Source: Podarcis tiliguerta (taxonomy: Eukaryota). From it: DNA of 64,000 bases. The stretch's first letter is position 1. Every line of letters starts with the position of its first letter. The stretch is from the NCBI GenBank assembly GCA_965153285.1, contig OZ229115.1; one strand, 5' to 3'. The translations under genes and the position numbers were made by a program. A model generated the notes under the pieces. It ran no database searches. It was not told where the DNA came from and saw only the letters and a program-made list of their open reading frames with translations. This document shows positions 24,561-38,304 of this stretch, piece by piece.

Positions 24561-26667
24561 TAACTCGAGCACTGTAGGGAAAGGGAAACTGCCTGGGGAC
24601 CGAGTGAACCGTTTAAGGCTGCGATCCTAAATAGGAAGCCCCGTTGAACTTCCGGCTAAATGTTCATTTGGGATCGAGCTGTGAATCTCCCTAGCATAGG
24701 CAATTCCAGCAAAGGGTGTGTTTTTTGCGCCTTGCGCGGGCCGTTTTCACTCTTTTCCTCCATTTTCTCCAGTGTGCGTGTGCTGTTCTTGTTTTTCTTT
24801 GGAGAAAGAGGGAAATGTGCCGAAGGCTATTCATATAAACAGAAGCATTTGTGGCGTTTGCAGGCAATTCCAGGAGAGTTAATGAGCAGCCGCGCTAGGC
24901 TTCCCTGCTTGCCGGGAGGATTAATAGTTTTGAGTGTTTTTCCATTCAGATTTAACTACCGTTGTATCTAGACTGGGCTGCCTTCGCATGGTTCAGAAAT
25001 TGTCATTTTAACCGATGGAAGCTCGTTACTAGTTAAAACACACACTGCAGCCGTATTGTTAGCGGGTAATCTTTCCCACACGTACATAAAAGGAGGCAGC
25101 CCCTTGTCTTTTGTGATGGCCTCCTTAGTTACTGTTTTTATTTTTATTTTTGAAGGTGAGGGATTGTTATATGTTTAAAATGTGTCTGTGTGGGGGGGTG
25201 CTAGTGTATTTCACTGAAGGTAATTCCCCATAATTGAAGTAACTGTCCTATTCAACAGATTAAATAAGGCACTGAGGAAATATTTTTTGAAGCTGGTTAA
25301 TAAACATGTTTCATATAGTAGAGGAAATTGCTTCTATGTTGCTTAATTCAAGAGACGTTTCTCTTTGGAGAACAGCTGTGCTTTAAAGCCAAATTAAAAC
25401 CCTAAATTTGCACATGGGATTGATTGCTGTGTTGTGCCAATTACCAGTTACAAGTTGGTAGCCAAATCATCTCTAACATATGTATGATAAGTAATTGACT
25501 GGTGCAGATATTTAAGCATGCATCTCTGTGATGCCTGCTCTGTGATGTCCCAAGGGCCATAGGAAATATAGGAGCCTCTTGGCCATGGTTGAAGAAGATA
25601 GAGCTTGATGTCCAATCCTGCTCCTTTACTGTAACCAGAAAATAAGGGGGTTCCTTTTGATGGCCCAACTCCCCAGGTTCATTACCTGTCAAAGATGAAT
25701 GAGATGAAGCAGAAATCAAGTGAAGGCAATGAGCACTTTTCTGGTAATACCACCACCACAGAAAGCCAGCAATGCCTTGTCCCAAGTGACTTTGGAATTC
25801 CCAAGATTGGTAGTGCTGAAAGGGACATATTAAAGGTTGTTCGTTCGGAGACATGTCAGGAGAGGACCAAAAAATCAGCTGGCTCTAAAGTCCTCGTGTG
25901 TATCCCCCCCAGACATAGAGACATTTTAGACCAGGTCTCCTTTTCCTTCATTGTTTCCAGTGAGAGGGTAAATGTAAAGTAAACTTCTACCTGCCAGTGT
26001 GATCCAGACAAAACAAAGGATGGTCTATTAAACCACCTTTGGATTCCCCTGCTACCTTTAGAGACACACCTTTAATTGCCCTCATGCTGCTTCACTATCA
26101 ATTGTTTGTAATCCTACGCATACATACACATTCCATGGAAATAAATGAGACATAATTAACTAAAAACAGTGTTTCAAAGTAGGCCCTCAACTAAATCACT
26201 CTCTCACCTATATGTAATACTTTTTGCAAAAATGATCTGGATATCTGAGTTCTTTTGTGGCTCAAGATGCTGCTTATTTTCTTTAAGGCTAGTGCCCTAT
26301 ATGGATGGGGAAAGCTAGATAGTTTACTTGGCTACTGAAATGTTAAATGCTAGTTGTACTCTACAAAAATAACCTGATATGGAAATGTTCATACAGGTTA
26401 CTGTTTGTGCGATGATAGATATGTACATGGAACTTTATAAACAAGTGGATTCTTGCACCTAGTAGGTCTTCCCGCCCTGTAAGAAATTGTTTGGATATTG
26501 GCACACTGAGCTTCTAAGGTGGGAAAAACCCAGTCAATCCTAAATATGTCTATTCAGAAATGCGTCCTGATTAGTTCAGTGGAAGTCGCTGGAACTTAAC
26601 TTCTGTGTAAGTGTGTATGCAGTCTATGTGAAATGAGCTGGAGAAAAGTTCTCATAACTATCTAAGC

Positions 26668-27010
26668 CAGCCTTCCCCAATCTGGTGCCCTCAATAGCTT
26701 TTGGACTACAATTCTTAATTATTCCTGGCCATTGGCCAAGCTGACTGGAGCTCATGGGAGTAACAAGGGTGTACCTAGGGTTGGCCCTCACCAAGGGTGC
26801 AAAAATTGTGCCTCTCCACTCTGGCTTGGAGTGGCTAGGAGCCCGCTGTTCCACATGCTCCCTAGGCACCTTGGTGGAGCTCCTTGCCAAGGGCACTAGG
26901 TGTTGGTTGGGCGGCGATTCGGCTCCTTTCCAAGAGTGCATGGGAGCCTATGTACGCCTCTAGGAGTTGTAGTCTGAAAAAATATTGAGAGCACCAGACT
27001 GAGAAAGGCT
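26668..27010. mobile_element. Palindromic hAT-type MITE with a second element nested at ~26763-26962
   Basis: Ends CAGCCTTCCCCAATCTGG / CCAGACTGAGAAAGGCTG; its GGACTACAA..GGAGTTGTAGTC core is interrupted by an unrelated ~200-bp insert. Confidence 0.6.
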
Positions 27011-29644
27011 GATCTAAGGTTGTGCTTCTGAGCTTCGTACAAACACTTGTTGATACTAGGTAAAGGAGAATGGAGGTGCACTTTTTGGACAGCAGAACCC
27101 AATTCCTTGGATTGGTAAGGCTTTTCATAATGCATGTTGCTCTGTGCTCTATTACTTTGTGTTTTCCCTAGTGGATAAATTTCCAGCCAGTGCTTCAGTA
27201 GCAAGAAAGAGTGATGGAGTTCTGAACAGTGGAGGATGGTGTAACCTGATTGTACATCATACATAATTTTGATGGGAAATTAAAGCAATCATACATTGAT
27301 AACAGACCTAGGCTCTGTAGAAATTAATCACCTCTTCTCACCTCTGTCGAGGTATGAAAATATAATAATTACAATTGAACTGAACACTTAAAGCCACGTC
27401 CTGTAATCTCTTCATACGTGATTATTTAAAACAGGCTCAAATATGTTTACAAATTTGTAGCTGTTGATTCTCTGAAAATAGGAGACTGCTGTTCAGAAGC
27501 TTTGCTGCAGGGATGATTCAGTATTAAATAAGTTGGCAATGGTACATTTTCTTCATTGTAAGCAGGATAATCTCATGAAGGGTATTTCTACAGGTCACTT
27601 GCATGGTTTATGACCTTGACTGCAGTAAAAGCATACTAACAGCTCTCATTTATCCTATTGTTCCCCCTAGTCCAGAAGTCTCCCTTCCTTATATTTGTGT
27701 TCTCTACCCATTTCTCATCATTTTAGTTAACACGTTCCGGAGTAAGCTTGACCACATTTATTGGATTTCATGCTAATTGGTAGCCAACCCTCTTGCTACT
27801 GCTCCTGGTGTTAATAGCCAAAATCAGATCACAATAATGTTTAGCTACTGCAAGCAATGGCTTATTTTATCTTCCAGTAACCAGCAAGTATTTTCAGCAT
27901 GGCATGCTAAGCTTCTGGTGACTTTGAGATAAGGAATAATATTCACTCTTAAATAGAGATCTTAAATGAGTTTTCAGAAGTAACCATAATAAAGGCACTT
28001 AGCAAGAGAAGAACACCATACTCACTTCATTATTTTTCAACCTACCAAAAAATGAAATCACTTGCTCTTGAACTGACAAATGTATCAGGCTAGTTCTCAA
28101 AGCTACCAACTCCCATTGGTTGTTTTCTTCCTGCATGTAAAGCATTTTGGGATCCTGCTGTTCTTAAAGTATAAGTGAGATGAAGGCTTCTCCTTTCTCT
28201 CCTGTCTCCCATTATTGGATTCCAGATGTGGCGTTGACCAGTAAGTGTATTGAGCTGGGAAACAAACATGCTACCTTGCCCTTCTCGTTCAGCTTTCACA
28301 TGAGGCACCAAGTAAGTCCTTTTTATAAGCTGGTGCTTTTTGTCAGCTTATAAAGGGCTTAAACCTCTGCTCTCATCTTAACTTTCTGAGAGGGAAGAGA
28401 GAAAAGGCAGCCCCCACTTCTATTTAAAATAGTTGCAGCAGCCTGCCAATCCTGCTTAACATGTTGTGTTTCTCTCCAGTAATCTGATTCCCAGGTTTAG
28501 TTCTGCTATGCTGTGTCCCTGTGAAGTCTTAATCTAATAAAAAATCTGGATTTATTTACAAAGAAGGAATATTCAGCACATTAAGAATTGTTACATCAGG
28601 CACCTAAAGACTGTATTTGTTGCAGAAAAATATAGTATTAAAACCACCCTGAGACTTTGGGTATAGGGCGGTATATAAATTCCAGTAATACTAATATTAA
28701 TACTAAATAAAAAACCCAGTGAACCCATGTTTAAACAGATTTAGAAAAACCTTCATAAGACATTATGTATGGAAAAAATATTCGCTTAGAAGTGTGAAAA
28801 AAAGGAAGCTTGTTGCCATGAAATGAAGCACAGGTTAGAAGTATAAAATAATAAGCGCTTATATTAAAACAAAGACTCTGATGACACATGACCAGTACTG
28901 GCAGTGGTGACAGATTAACACGTGTCCAAAAGATGCACGATTGTGCACGGCGCCAAACCTGGAAGTGACCCTAAAACGTGGTAGGGGGTGGGGTGGAGAG
29001 AGCTTATACGTGCTCAGAGAGCAGAACTCCTGCACAGTTGACCGTACTGCGAATACCCCAACACCATAAGTTTGAGAGTGGAGATTAAACTGTATATTGG
29101 TGACTCCATTCCTTTGGAATTAATGTAGTTTACATTGCAAGACCTCAAAGCCTCATCATACTTTTGAATATGTTGAATTTGCAGGTCCTTGGCTATCTTA
29201 CCTGGCCATGCTGGGTGGGGCTGATGGGAGTCAAAAACATCTGAGGGCTCCAGGTTAGAGATAACACTAAACCTAGCTGGTTCATGGACAGTGCTGCTCA
29301 GAGATTTCTCAACATGAGATGAGTAACTGCTACTGTAAATATATCCAAATGCACACACTAGCTCTAGTATAGACAGTACTCTGTGTTGTTGTTGTTGTTG
29401 TTGTTGTTTCTATCCCACCTCAAGGTAGCTTCGAGATAAAAACAAGCACTAACAGCACAAGTAAACAATAATTAAAAAACAATTAAACAGTGACAGAATT
29501 ATATAAAATCTATTAAACCCATACAAAAAATCTTATTCTAACCTCAAAATTCTAGGCTGCCAGCCATAATTTTTCTCTGCTTCTAGCCATAGTTGCCAGT
29601 TCATTAAAAAGTTCTCAGTGACTTAAATGGACATAATGTCTTGT

Positions 29645-29646
<2 letters not shown>

Positions 29647-29678
<32 letters not shown>
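29647..29678. repeat. (CA)n microsatellite; others at 30956-30990, 41133-41161 and 62813-62834
   Basis: Direct inspection. Confidence 0.95.
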
Positions 29679-29680
<2 letters not shown>

Positions 29681-30953
29681 AATTATGTACAGAGATGATA
29701 GAAAATCTCATTTGTTAGATGGTCTCTGCATTCAATGATCATTGTGCCGTTGGCCTGGATATTCTGAGGACTCTCCTGGTTCTATTGGCTGTGGTTCCCT
29801 GACTTAAAGGAGGCAGGGAGAACTAACTGGGAGTTTGCACACTTTTGGAAGAAGCATTTACGCTGAAAAAAATGTTATGACGACAACAATAATGTTGTCG
29901 ACAACAGAAATGTTGTGTTCTGCTCTAATATTTTCCCCCTGCAAGTGCCCATTCTCTCTAATCAAAATACTGTGTATTGTAATACGAAGAGGTAAATTCA
30001 GGGCTGTGTGTGTGCCTTTGTTCTGTCCAAGTGCAGAATCTGGTTGTGGGAACAGAATTTAGCATCCTTAATTTTCATTTTAAAAACAGGTTTTGAACTG
30101 AGTGTATAAGATTTTGTATGTTCTCAGGAAAGCTCTTGTAGTGAATTTAAGTTTGAAAAGATACATGAAAGTCTAGGAGAAACATAAGGATATATAATTA
30201 TGGCATTACAAAGGGATAATTGTTTTTCCCACGGAGAGAGAACTATATATAGGAGTCTCTTACCTACATACACAAACATTGCTGTCCTGGTAGACAGCTT
30301 GCTTCTAATTTCAAGAGCAGCTATTCATTTCCCCCCAAATATTTAATCTACGTCTTTTGATATTTATAAAACACCCAACTAGGTAAGAAAAAGACCCTGC
30401 TGGCCATTTGATTTTCTGAACAGAAGGCACTGTAAGCAACAGTAAATGTATCTTATGTGAAAGATATTGAAAGATAAGCTTCCAGGTGGAGCAAATGAGT
30501 TATGATTGATGCACGCTTCTTTGACTGTGACTTGAGTTTACATTTATCCAATCCATCTAGGGTTAAAGAAATCAACTTTCCCAATATACTTGCTGACATC
30601 CTGATTTGCATCGATATTTCCACTTACTTTAGTTTATAATAAACCCCTAGTTATTTTTCTTGAATTGCTACCTTCAGCAATCTAGGGGATGAACATGCTC
30701 CCTCTAATAATTCATCGAAATCTGTCATCTTTAGCACACACAGTGTAGTGCTTCCTCCAGTTCCACCTGTCCTTTCCATTCTGGGGACCTTGTATTCAGT
30801 TGTTGGCATTGCCTGCACCATTTTTCCACTGCCTTCCTACATTTCCTATATAGTGGGCATTTATTTCAATTTACACTCATTCATCCTTCAAACGCACTGC
30901 CCAGGCTTGCGCCCCAGGAGGTCATTTCAGTGCTACTAACACAGCAGTTTACC

Positions 30954-30991
<38 letters not shown>

Positions 30992-31109
30992 ACAGCACCA
31001 CCACACACTCCATTGTCTCTTGAGGCAGAAGGATGCCTACTTCAAAATAATTATATTTAATCACTTGCCACTAGGTGGCTTCTTGTTCCCAACAAGTTCT
31101 GTAGTAGTA

Positions 31110-31315
31110 CAGTGGTACCTTGGTTCTAGAATGGCTTGGCTCCTGAACTCCGCAAACCCGGAAGTAAGTGTTCTGGTTTGTGAACGTTTTTTTGGAAGCT
31201 GAACGTCTGAGGTGGTTTCCGCGGCTTCTGATTGAGCGCAGGAAGATTCTGCAGCTAATCGGAAGCCATGCCTTGGGTTTTGAACGGATTAAGTTTGACA
31301 ACCAAGGTACCACTG
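31110..31315. mobile_element. Tigger-like MITE
   Basis: TA|CAGTGGTACCTTGGTT...AACCAAGGTACCACTG|TA. Confidence 0.85.
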
Positions 31316-32760
31316 TACAGAGGTAGTCCAGTGAAGATCAAGAGCAGTAATCATAGAATTGTGATCAACCTTAGCTGTTCCTGTCCACCTCACAGTGCCT
31401 CTATATTGCAGCTCCAGCACTTAAAGCAAAAAAAAAAGTGGGGGCTTTCACTCAGCAGACGTGAACCTGGCTGTTAAATGAAATAAAGGGATAGGAAGTA
31501 GAACTAGCAAGAGTGGAGCAAGAAAGTGAATTGGGTTGTTTTTATGACCAGGTCTGCATCAGTTTAATGAAATGTATATATTGTATGGTTTTGGTTGTAC
31601 ATGAAAGAGTGTTGACAGGTCATAGGCCACTATGGAACAGAAAGCTGGACAAGACGGGTATTTGGTCTGATCACACACAACCACACACAATGTATTTTGC
31701 AGACTGGATTATGTGTACCTGTCTTCTATAAGTTTGAAGATTAAAATACCTTGTATTGCTCAGGTTTTACAGTTTAAGGTGGGTACAAGGTACATCAGAA
31801 GTCAGACTTGTGGGTTCTTTGGAGTCCTATGTGTTGGGCGTTTGTTAAAGGAATTGTGTACTCATGTGGTTGGTGGCTGGTTGATGGAGGACCCTGGGTG
31901 GGAGACAGGGAAATGTTGGTCTCCTAGGATGAGAGGCTGGGAGGAAAAAGGAGGGACCACAGGTGACAGCTGGGAGAGGTTGCTACCTTCTGTGGTGGTG
32001 GGCACTGAGAACAGCCTGTAGGAGAGGACTCCGTATTTTACTTGTTCTGTTTCTTGTTGCTGTTTTGTAGCTGTTATTGTATTGTGAAAAACTTTAGTAA
32101 AAAAGTATTTTTAAAAAGCAAAACTCGGACTTATGACTTGTCTTCCTCAGACAAACCACAGACCACACATAAGGAACAAACTTTGGCTACATGGTCTGAA
32201 GCAAGGCAAACTAGGAGCTTGGGTTTGGACATAATACTCAGCCAAACTATGGCTTAGCTCCAGGTTGTGTAGCAGCAGCAGCAGCAGCAGAACTGAGGGA
32301 GGAGCGAAGTGGCCATAAATTTTGTTGTGACCACCTGTGTGGTTGTGCATTCATGCTGGGATGTGGTTCGGCTTAGTGATACACGTGAACCAGGCCTTTG
32401 ATTTGTAGCTGAACTATGTTGACAAATGAAATTTTCCACTCTATGTTCTGCTCCCTTGTGGGGTTGCAGGTGTTTACAAGCTGCTAGTGTAACTGAGTAA
32501 GAGCTTTTTTCATAACAGGCAGAACAATCTTGGTGGTTCAACATTCCCTTTAATATTCCTGATCATTGTATGATGCAATCATTATTTTGTCTCTTTTATC
32601 AAGGACTCTAGTTTTTGCTTTTTAAAGCCCTGCTCCTAAACCTCTGGCTTGTTTGTTGGTAGATAAATTCTTTCAGTATTGTGTATGTTTTTATTTTGGT
32701 TTTCTAAAAAAAACAAAATTTTAATGTTTAACTTCTCTGAGACTTTTTGTAAAAAAATAC

Positions 32761-32761
<1 letters not shown>

Positions 32762-32806
<45 letters not shown>
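32762..32806. repeat. (ATT)n microsatellite
   Basis: Direct inspection. Confidence 0.95.
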
Positions 32807-32807
<1 letters not shown>

Positions 32808-32980
32808 TATCCTCCTAAACTAGAACATCTTCCTCTTTGTGCAGTATACCAAATAATTCAGTGCATTTTTCAAGAGTGGTGCAAAGTTGGTGACACAACT
32901 TTAACTATTGGGTAGGTGTAATTACTCCAGAAAACATTAACTGTAAACTGTTAACAGGACTAATCTGCTTGTTTTTCTGT

Positions 32981-33125
32981 GTCAGAATAGCTTAGTTGGT
33001 AGAGCATGAGACTCTTAATCTCAAGGTCGTGGGTTCAAGCGCCACATTGGGCAAAAAAATTCCTGCATTGCAGGGGGTTGGACTAGATGACCCTCATGGT
33101 CCCTTCCAACTCTACAATTCTGTGA
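32981..33125 (+). mobile_element. SINE with tRNA-Lys(CTT)-derived head and CR1 3' tail
   Basis: TAGCTTAGTTGGTAGAGCATGAGACTCTTAATCTCAAGGTCGTGGGTTCAAG..CCACATTGGGC followed by the CR1-like tail. Confidence 0.8.
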
Positions 33126-35519
33126 GCTAATGACTCTGATGTTTGCATTTGGTTCCATCTAGATTTAGGGAGGTATCCAACAAAACAGTTCCATTAGTGC
33201 CATAATAATAGAATAATTCTCTCCTCATTCTGGGGTTTTCTGCAACCCAGATTTGGGGAGGCCGTTGCAGGAGGAGTAGAGAGAGGAGAAGTTCTGTTGC
33301 ACAAATGCAAGTTCTTGTGCTAATGGAGCTACTTCATTGGGTATTTCTCCTTTATGTGTCACTCCTGGCTGATTGTCTAGTGTCTCTTGGTTACCTCTAT
33401 AGCCATCCATCACTTATTTCTCTAGTGAATATAGCATGTCCCTGAGATAACAAGCAACTTAAAAAAACTTGTCATTGAAGCATTTCCAGGACAGATCTAG
33501 GAAAATTGCAGTCAGTTGTTTCAGATGTGATTTCCACTTTGTTTATTTTTATTTTTTAACTTTTCCTCATAGTTCAAAAATTTTATAGTTTAATCTTGTG
33601 GAGTGCTAGGTGCTGCTCTGAGTCGTACCTCCAGATTAAATGTAGCAGCAAGTTTTTTTGCTGGGAAAGCCTTCACTGATGTAACTTGCTCCTTTAAATA
33701 TACAAAGAGGCAGGTTTCACCTTCTAGAATGGTTCCCAGCACCATTCAGTTTGTCATTCTGCAGAACTTTGGAATCATTTTTCTGTGGTTATTTCAAAGT
33801 CTTAAGTTTAGGCTCTGTGGAAGTTTCCAACATCTTTCTTTTAAGTCCTCCACTGCCTACTCAGTTGGGGTTAACAGAGCTGGCATGTCTGTTTTTATGT
33901 CGACTCTCCTTAGTCCAAAATGAGTTGAGTGACAAAAAGCAATTCCAGTTTTGATCTAGAGATGGCAGCAGAGCCCCCTTTTGTCTCCTTGCTCTGTTTA
34001 CCACCTCCAGGCACAATTTGTTCTAGGAGGATGCTGTTCTAGAGTTAGTGGGGGCGAAACAAGACTTTATTTCACCTGGGCCAAGACCCAGTTTTTGCAT
34101 ATTTGTGTACACAAACACACAGAGGCTGGGAGCCTCAAGGGCACCCATCTGGAGGCTTCACCACCCTCTATTAGGTTTGTGTGCTTTGGGCACTGGAGGC
34201 TTAAGAACCTAAATACCAGTCCCAAAATAAGGGCTAGCAAGGTTTATGCAGGAGAGCTTCTTGGCCAGCCTTACGCCAGCCTTCTCTTCCATATCCACAG
34301 AGAGCACACACAGTTGCCTTGGAAACGTCAGCCGACTATATTTACCAGTTGTGGAGAACAAGGCTTGAATTCCCCCTGGACACTGTTTTTCCACAGCACC
34401 ATATGTATAACGAGTTATATTGAATCATTCCAGGTGTTAGACCTGTAATAGTATCAACTCTGGAAAAAAGTGTGTTAGAGACATGAATCTAATTATCGGT
34501 AGCAGCGTACACATCAAGGAAATGTGAAGGGTTTTGTTAATTACTTTCTGGGAGAATTCACAAGTGTTTATGGACTCCAGTGATAATTTCTGGTCAAAGC
34601 AGAGAAACTGTCCATATGGCTACACCTGCCTAATGTGGAATTTAATGTTGACTTCTCTACTGACTGTTTAAAAGGCAAATTGCCCTCAAACACTATCAAC
34701 TAAAAGGTGATGAATGACAGAGGTGCTCATTTGAGAACTGCCCGTTTAATTGACACCTGGATATTTTATACTCCAAACAGTAAAGAAGCCGCTGGTTTTT
34801 TAACGGTGCATCGAGTTTGCACTAGATTGTACCACTTATTTACCAGCAGTTTATTTTTAGTGCTACGTTTACCTGCAACTAAAACTCAGTTTCAGGGTGT
34901 GTCTTCAATTCAGACACTATTTGATGGGACCTGTACTCTGCTAGTTTAGGTACACTTTTAATCACTGGATCCTGTCCCTTTAAATATAGCTATTGTACTG
35001 TAATGGCTTTTCCTAAACCTTTGTCCTTTCCCTGCCTCCTCCCTTCTTCTTGCTCGCTAATGGGATTGCAAGTCAATACTCCTCTTTCCCTTCCTACTCT
35101 CCTCTGTTCTCCTGCACCCCCCCCACCAAAGACCTCCTTGTCTTCAAACCTTCCTTAATTTTACACACACACAGAGATTTTTACTCCCCTTTCCAGGGAC
35201 CTGTCTGATGCATCAGCAGGTTACATTGTTTGCTAGTGTTAAATTAGCTATTTGCAGATAAAATTGAAAAGAGTTTGATTTTAAACAGTGTTCTTAAACT
35301 CTTAGGCAGTTGCAGATTGAGATGCTTGCAAGGCTACCATTACAAGCATCTCACCATTTTCATTAGTGAATCATTTCACCAAAGGAGGAGACAGTAGCAA
35401 GGAAAAAAACCTGTTAAAGAAATAGCAGGTTTTCAACAGTGCCAACACACATTTTGAAGAGATTAACACCAAGCTAGTGGTGGCAAGGGAACAGTAGCCT
35501 TATTTTACTTATTCAAAAC

Positions 35520-36480
35520 TACAGACATAGTTTTGCGCTTAAAGAGGCAGTGGTGGATCCACTCCCCTAAAAGCCCACCGTAGACTAGTTACCAATATCC
35601 CTTTATTGGCAAAGGTGGTAGAGAGGGTGGTTGTAGAGCAACTGCAGATATTCCTGGAAGAGACTGATTACAGTGGTACCTCAGGTTAAGTACTTAATTC
35701 ATTCCAGAGGTCCGTTCTTAACCTGAAACTGTTCTTAACCTGAGGTACCACATTAGCTAATGGGGCCTCCTGCTGCTGCTGCTGCTGCGCTGCTGGAGCA
35801 CAATTTCTGTTCTCATCCTGAAGCAAAGTTCTTAACCTGAGGTACTATTTCTGGGTTAGTGGAATCTGTAACCTGAACCGTATGTAACCTGAAGCGTCTG
35901 TAACCCGAGGTACCACTGTATCTGGATCAAGTACAATCTGGGTTCAGACCTGATTTCGGAACTGAATTGGGTGCCCTCATAGGTGACCTTTATCATGAGA
36001 TGGACAAGATGAGTACAACCTTTTTACTTCTGCTTGATTGCTTAGCGGCCTTTGAAACCCATCAACCATGATATCCTCCTGGACCAAATTAGTGAGATGG
36101 GTAATATGAACCATATTACAGTGGTTCTGTTTGTATCTTTAAGGTTGTACCCAGCGAGTAGCACTGGGTTTGTGTTTCTCGCCTCCCTCCCCCGGCATTT
36201 GTGCTATGGGGTTTTGCATGGTGCTGTTCTCTCCCCAGTTCTACATGTATGAAGCCATTGGGTGTGATTATTAGGAGTTTTAGAGCAAGGTGTCACCCGT
36301 ATGCTGATGATACACAGCTCTACTTCTCCATAACATCTGAATCAGGAGAGGTCATGAGAGCTTTGGACCAGTTTCTGGATGCAGTGGTGGACTGGATGAG
36401 GACCAATGATCCTGGGAAGGTGTGGGTTCTTTGGGTGGAGGGTTCGCATGTTCGTGAAATTGGGTTGCACTTCCTCTGAA
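35520..36480 (+). mobile_element. Degraded L2 RT fragment interrupted by a MITE
   Basis: NIPLLAKVVE, ETDY|LD..QSGFRP across the MITE, YADDTQLY. Confidence 0.85.
35671..35918. mobile_element. Tigger-like MITE inserted at a TA inside L2
   Basis: TA TSD and CAGTGGTACCTC TIRs; removing it restores the L2 frame. Confidence 0.9.
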
Positions 36481-36801
36481 GGAGGAAGTTTGTCAGATCT
36501 GGTATATCTACCGATATTTTAGCAGGGATGCCTTGCAGAAGAGGTCATTTGTTTATGATTCAGTCAGGCATAAATAATGCCTTCTTTAGTGCTGCATTGT
36601 GAAGGAAGCAGGTGCCGTTCTGTGTAGGAGACACGAGCCTATGGCTGTGTTCAAGTACCTAGTCCATGCTTTCAATTCATTTTGTGGGGTCCTGGCATCT
36701 TTTTCAGTGTTTGCAATCTTAATGCTGGTCTTTATCTCTTCTCTTGCTCTCTCTTAGAGTGTTTTGCTGTTTGAAAGCTAACATTGGTGTTCTCGGTAAA
36801 C

Positions 36802-36858
36802 ATGGAAGAATTGCAAGATGTCCAATTGACGGAGATCAAGCCCCTCCTGAATGATAAG
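36802..36858 (+). CDS. NDRG3: NDRG3 coding exon 1 (exon 2 spans 36758-36858): MEELQDVQLTEIKPLLNDK
   Basis: Matches the NDRG3 N-terminus; acceptor ctcttag at 36757; donor AAG|GTAATT. Confidence 0.96.
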
Positions 36859-38304
36859 GTAATTCTGGCTGTGTTTGAGCATTAGCGAAGCACTAGTCAT
36901 TTTATGTTATCTGTGAGCGGTACATAAGGGTTGTGTGTAATTTAGAATTCTGTACTGTTTGGGATTAAGAAACAGAACTTAACGTTCTGAGAAGTTCTAC
37001 GTATTTTTTTTTTTTGTAAAGTCCATCACTTCAATATAACTGAACACAACCCACCCCCCTTAAATATTATCTCTGTTGTCTTTTGCCTGCCGTGTTGCAA
37101 ATTATAGATTGCAAACTCCCTGGGATGGGTACTCTTCCTTCTGTTGTAGCTTCTATTATCTCTTTGAACATTGATGATAAAGAGTCCTATGACACTTTAA
37201 AATAAATAAGTTTGTTGGGCTAGAGTCTAATGCATCAATCCATAACAGCACGGAATACGTAAAGAATGAGCTGTAAAGATAATACCATATACTTTCAGTC
37301 CAACGTCTGATGAAATCTCCGAAGCCGGGGTGGGGTGGGGTTACTGGTTGGGAAGGGCAAAGGACTTCAGTGCCCTGCATTGTTTCTTGGCCTTCCCGAC
37401 AAGTAGCATAAGAAGAATGCATTATGCAAGAGTAAATGGAAAGGCACTTCTTGCAAAAGGCAGACCTTCAGGATTCTTGATTTCTCCATGCCTGGATCCT
37501 CAGGAGTGGCGGGGTGGGGGGGCTTGGTGCAGGGAGGGCACAGGAAAGCCCGTTGCATGAGTGGAGTTGCATTCACTCTTCTCAGGATCCAGCCCATTAA
37601 TTGATGATTTCAGCCTTTCTTTAGTACATAATTTGAGGTACCTTTCACAAAGAATGCATAGGATATCTTTCTCATTTCAGTTTTAACTTTGGTTCTTACT
37701 TTGGTTCAGTTCTTAGCACTTTCCAAGGGTGTGCAAGTGTGTGGGTGAATAGTGTGATCACTAACTTTTCTATGGTGATTTACAGCGATGAGCCAATGTT
37801 TTCCAGCTATTTCTGCAAAATCCAGTCTTACACTGGTCTTCTCTTTTTAGCTTGTGGTGTGCCTTGAACATTTGTGGGTCATCCGGTTTTTCCTCTCGCT
37901 ACCGTGTCTGTCTCGTCCACTTACTATTTTAACATATTTCAGTTTCAACTTTTAGATGCCTGCTAAAAAACTTTATTCCATCAGGCTTATGTGGGCAATT
38001 AAGAATACATATTTCCATAATAGCTGGTTTCTGGTTTTAACTTAGTATGTGGCTTTTATTATATGGTTTTATATATTATTGTTGTAAACCACTCTTGGGT
38101 TTTTTAAAGAAATGAATGGCGGTAACAAATATTCGTTTTACCAAGCCCACACACTACACAAAGTCTTTCCTCTTTTTAAAGGGAGTTGAACTACTAGTTT
38201 TATATCAATATAGACAAAAAGCCATCGCCAGATCCAGTGATAAATTACATAGTAGCCAGAGGTTGAGTGTTTTGTCTAAATGACCATGCATGTGTAAGAA
38301 GTTA

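Noticed and set aside
32981-33053. Functional tRNA-Lys(CTT) gene
   Set aside because: The acceptor stem and T-arm are mutated and the sequence runs into a CR1 tail, so it is a SINE head.
37307-37326. CTGATGA..CGAAG as a hammerhead ribozyme core
   Set aside because: No GAAA box and no supporting stems I-III.
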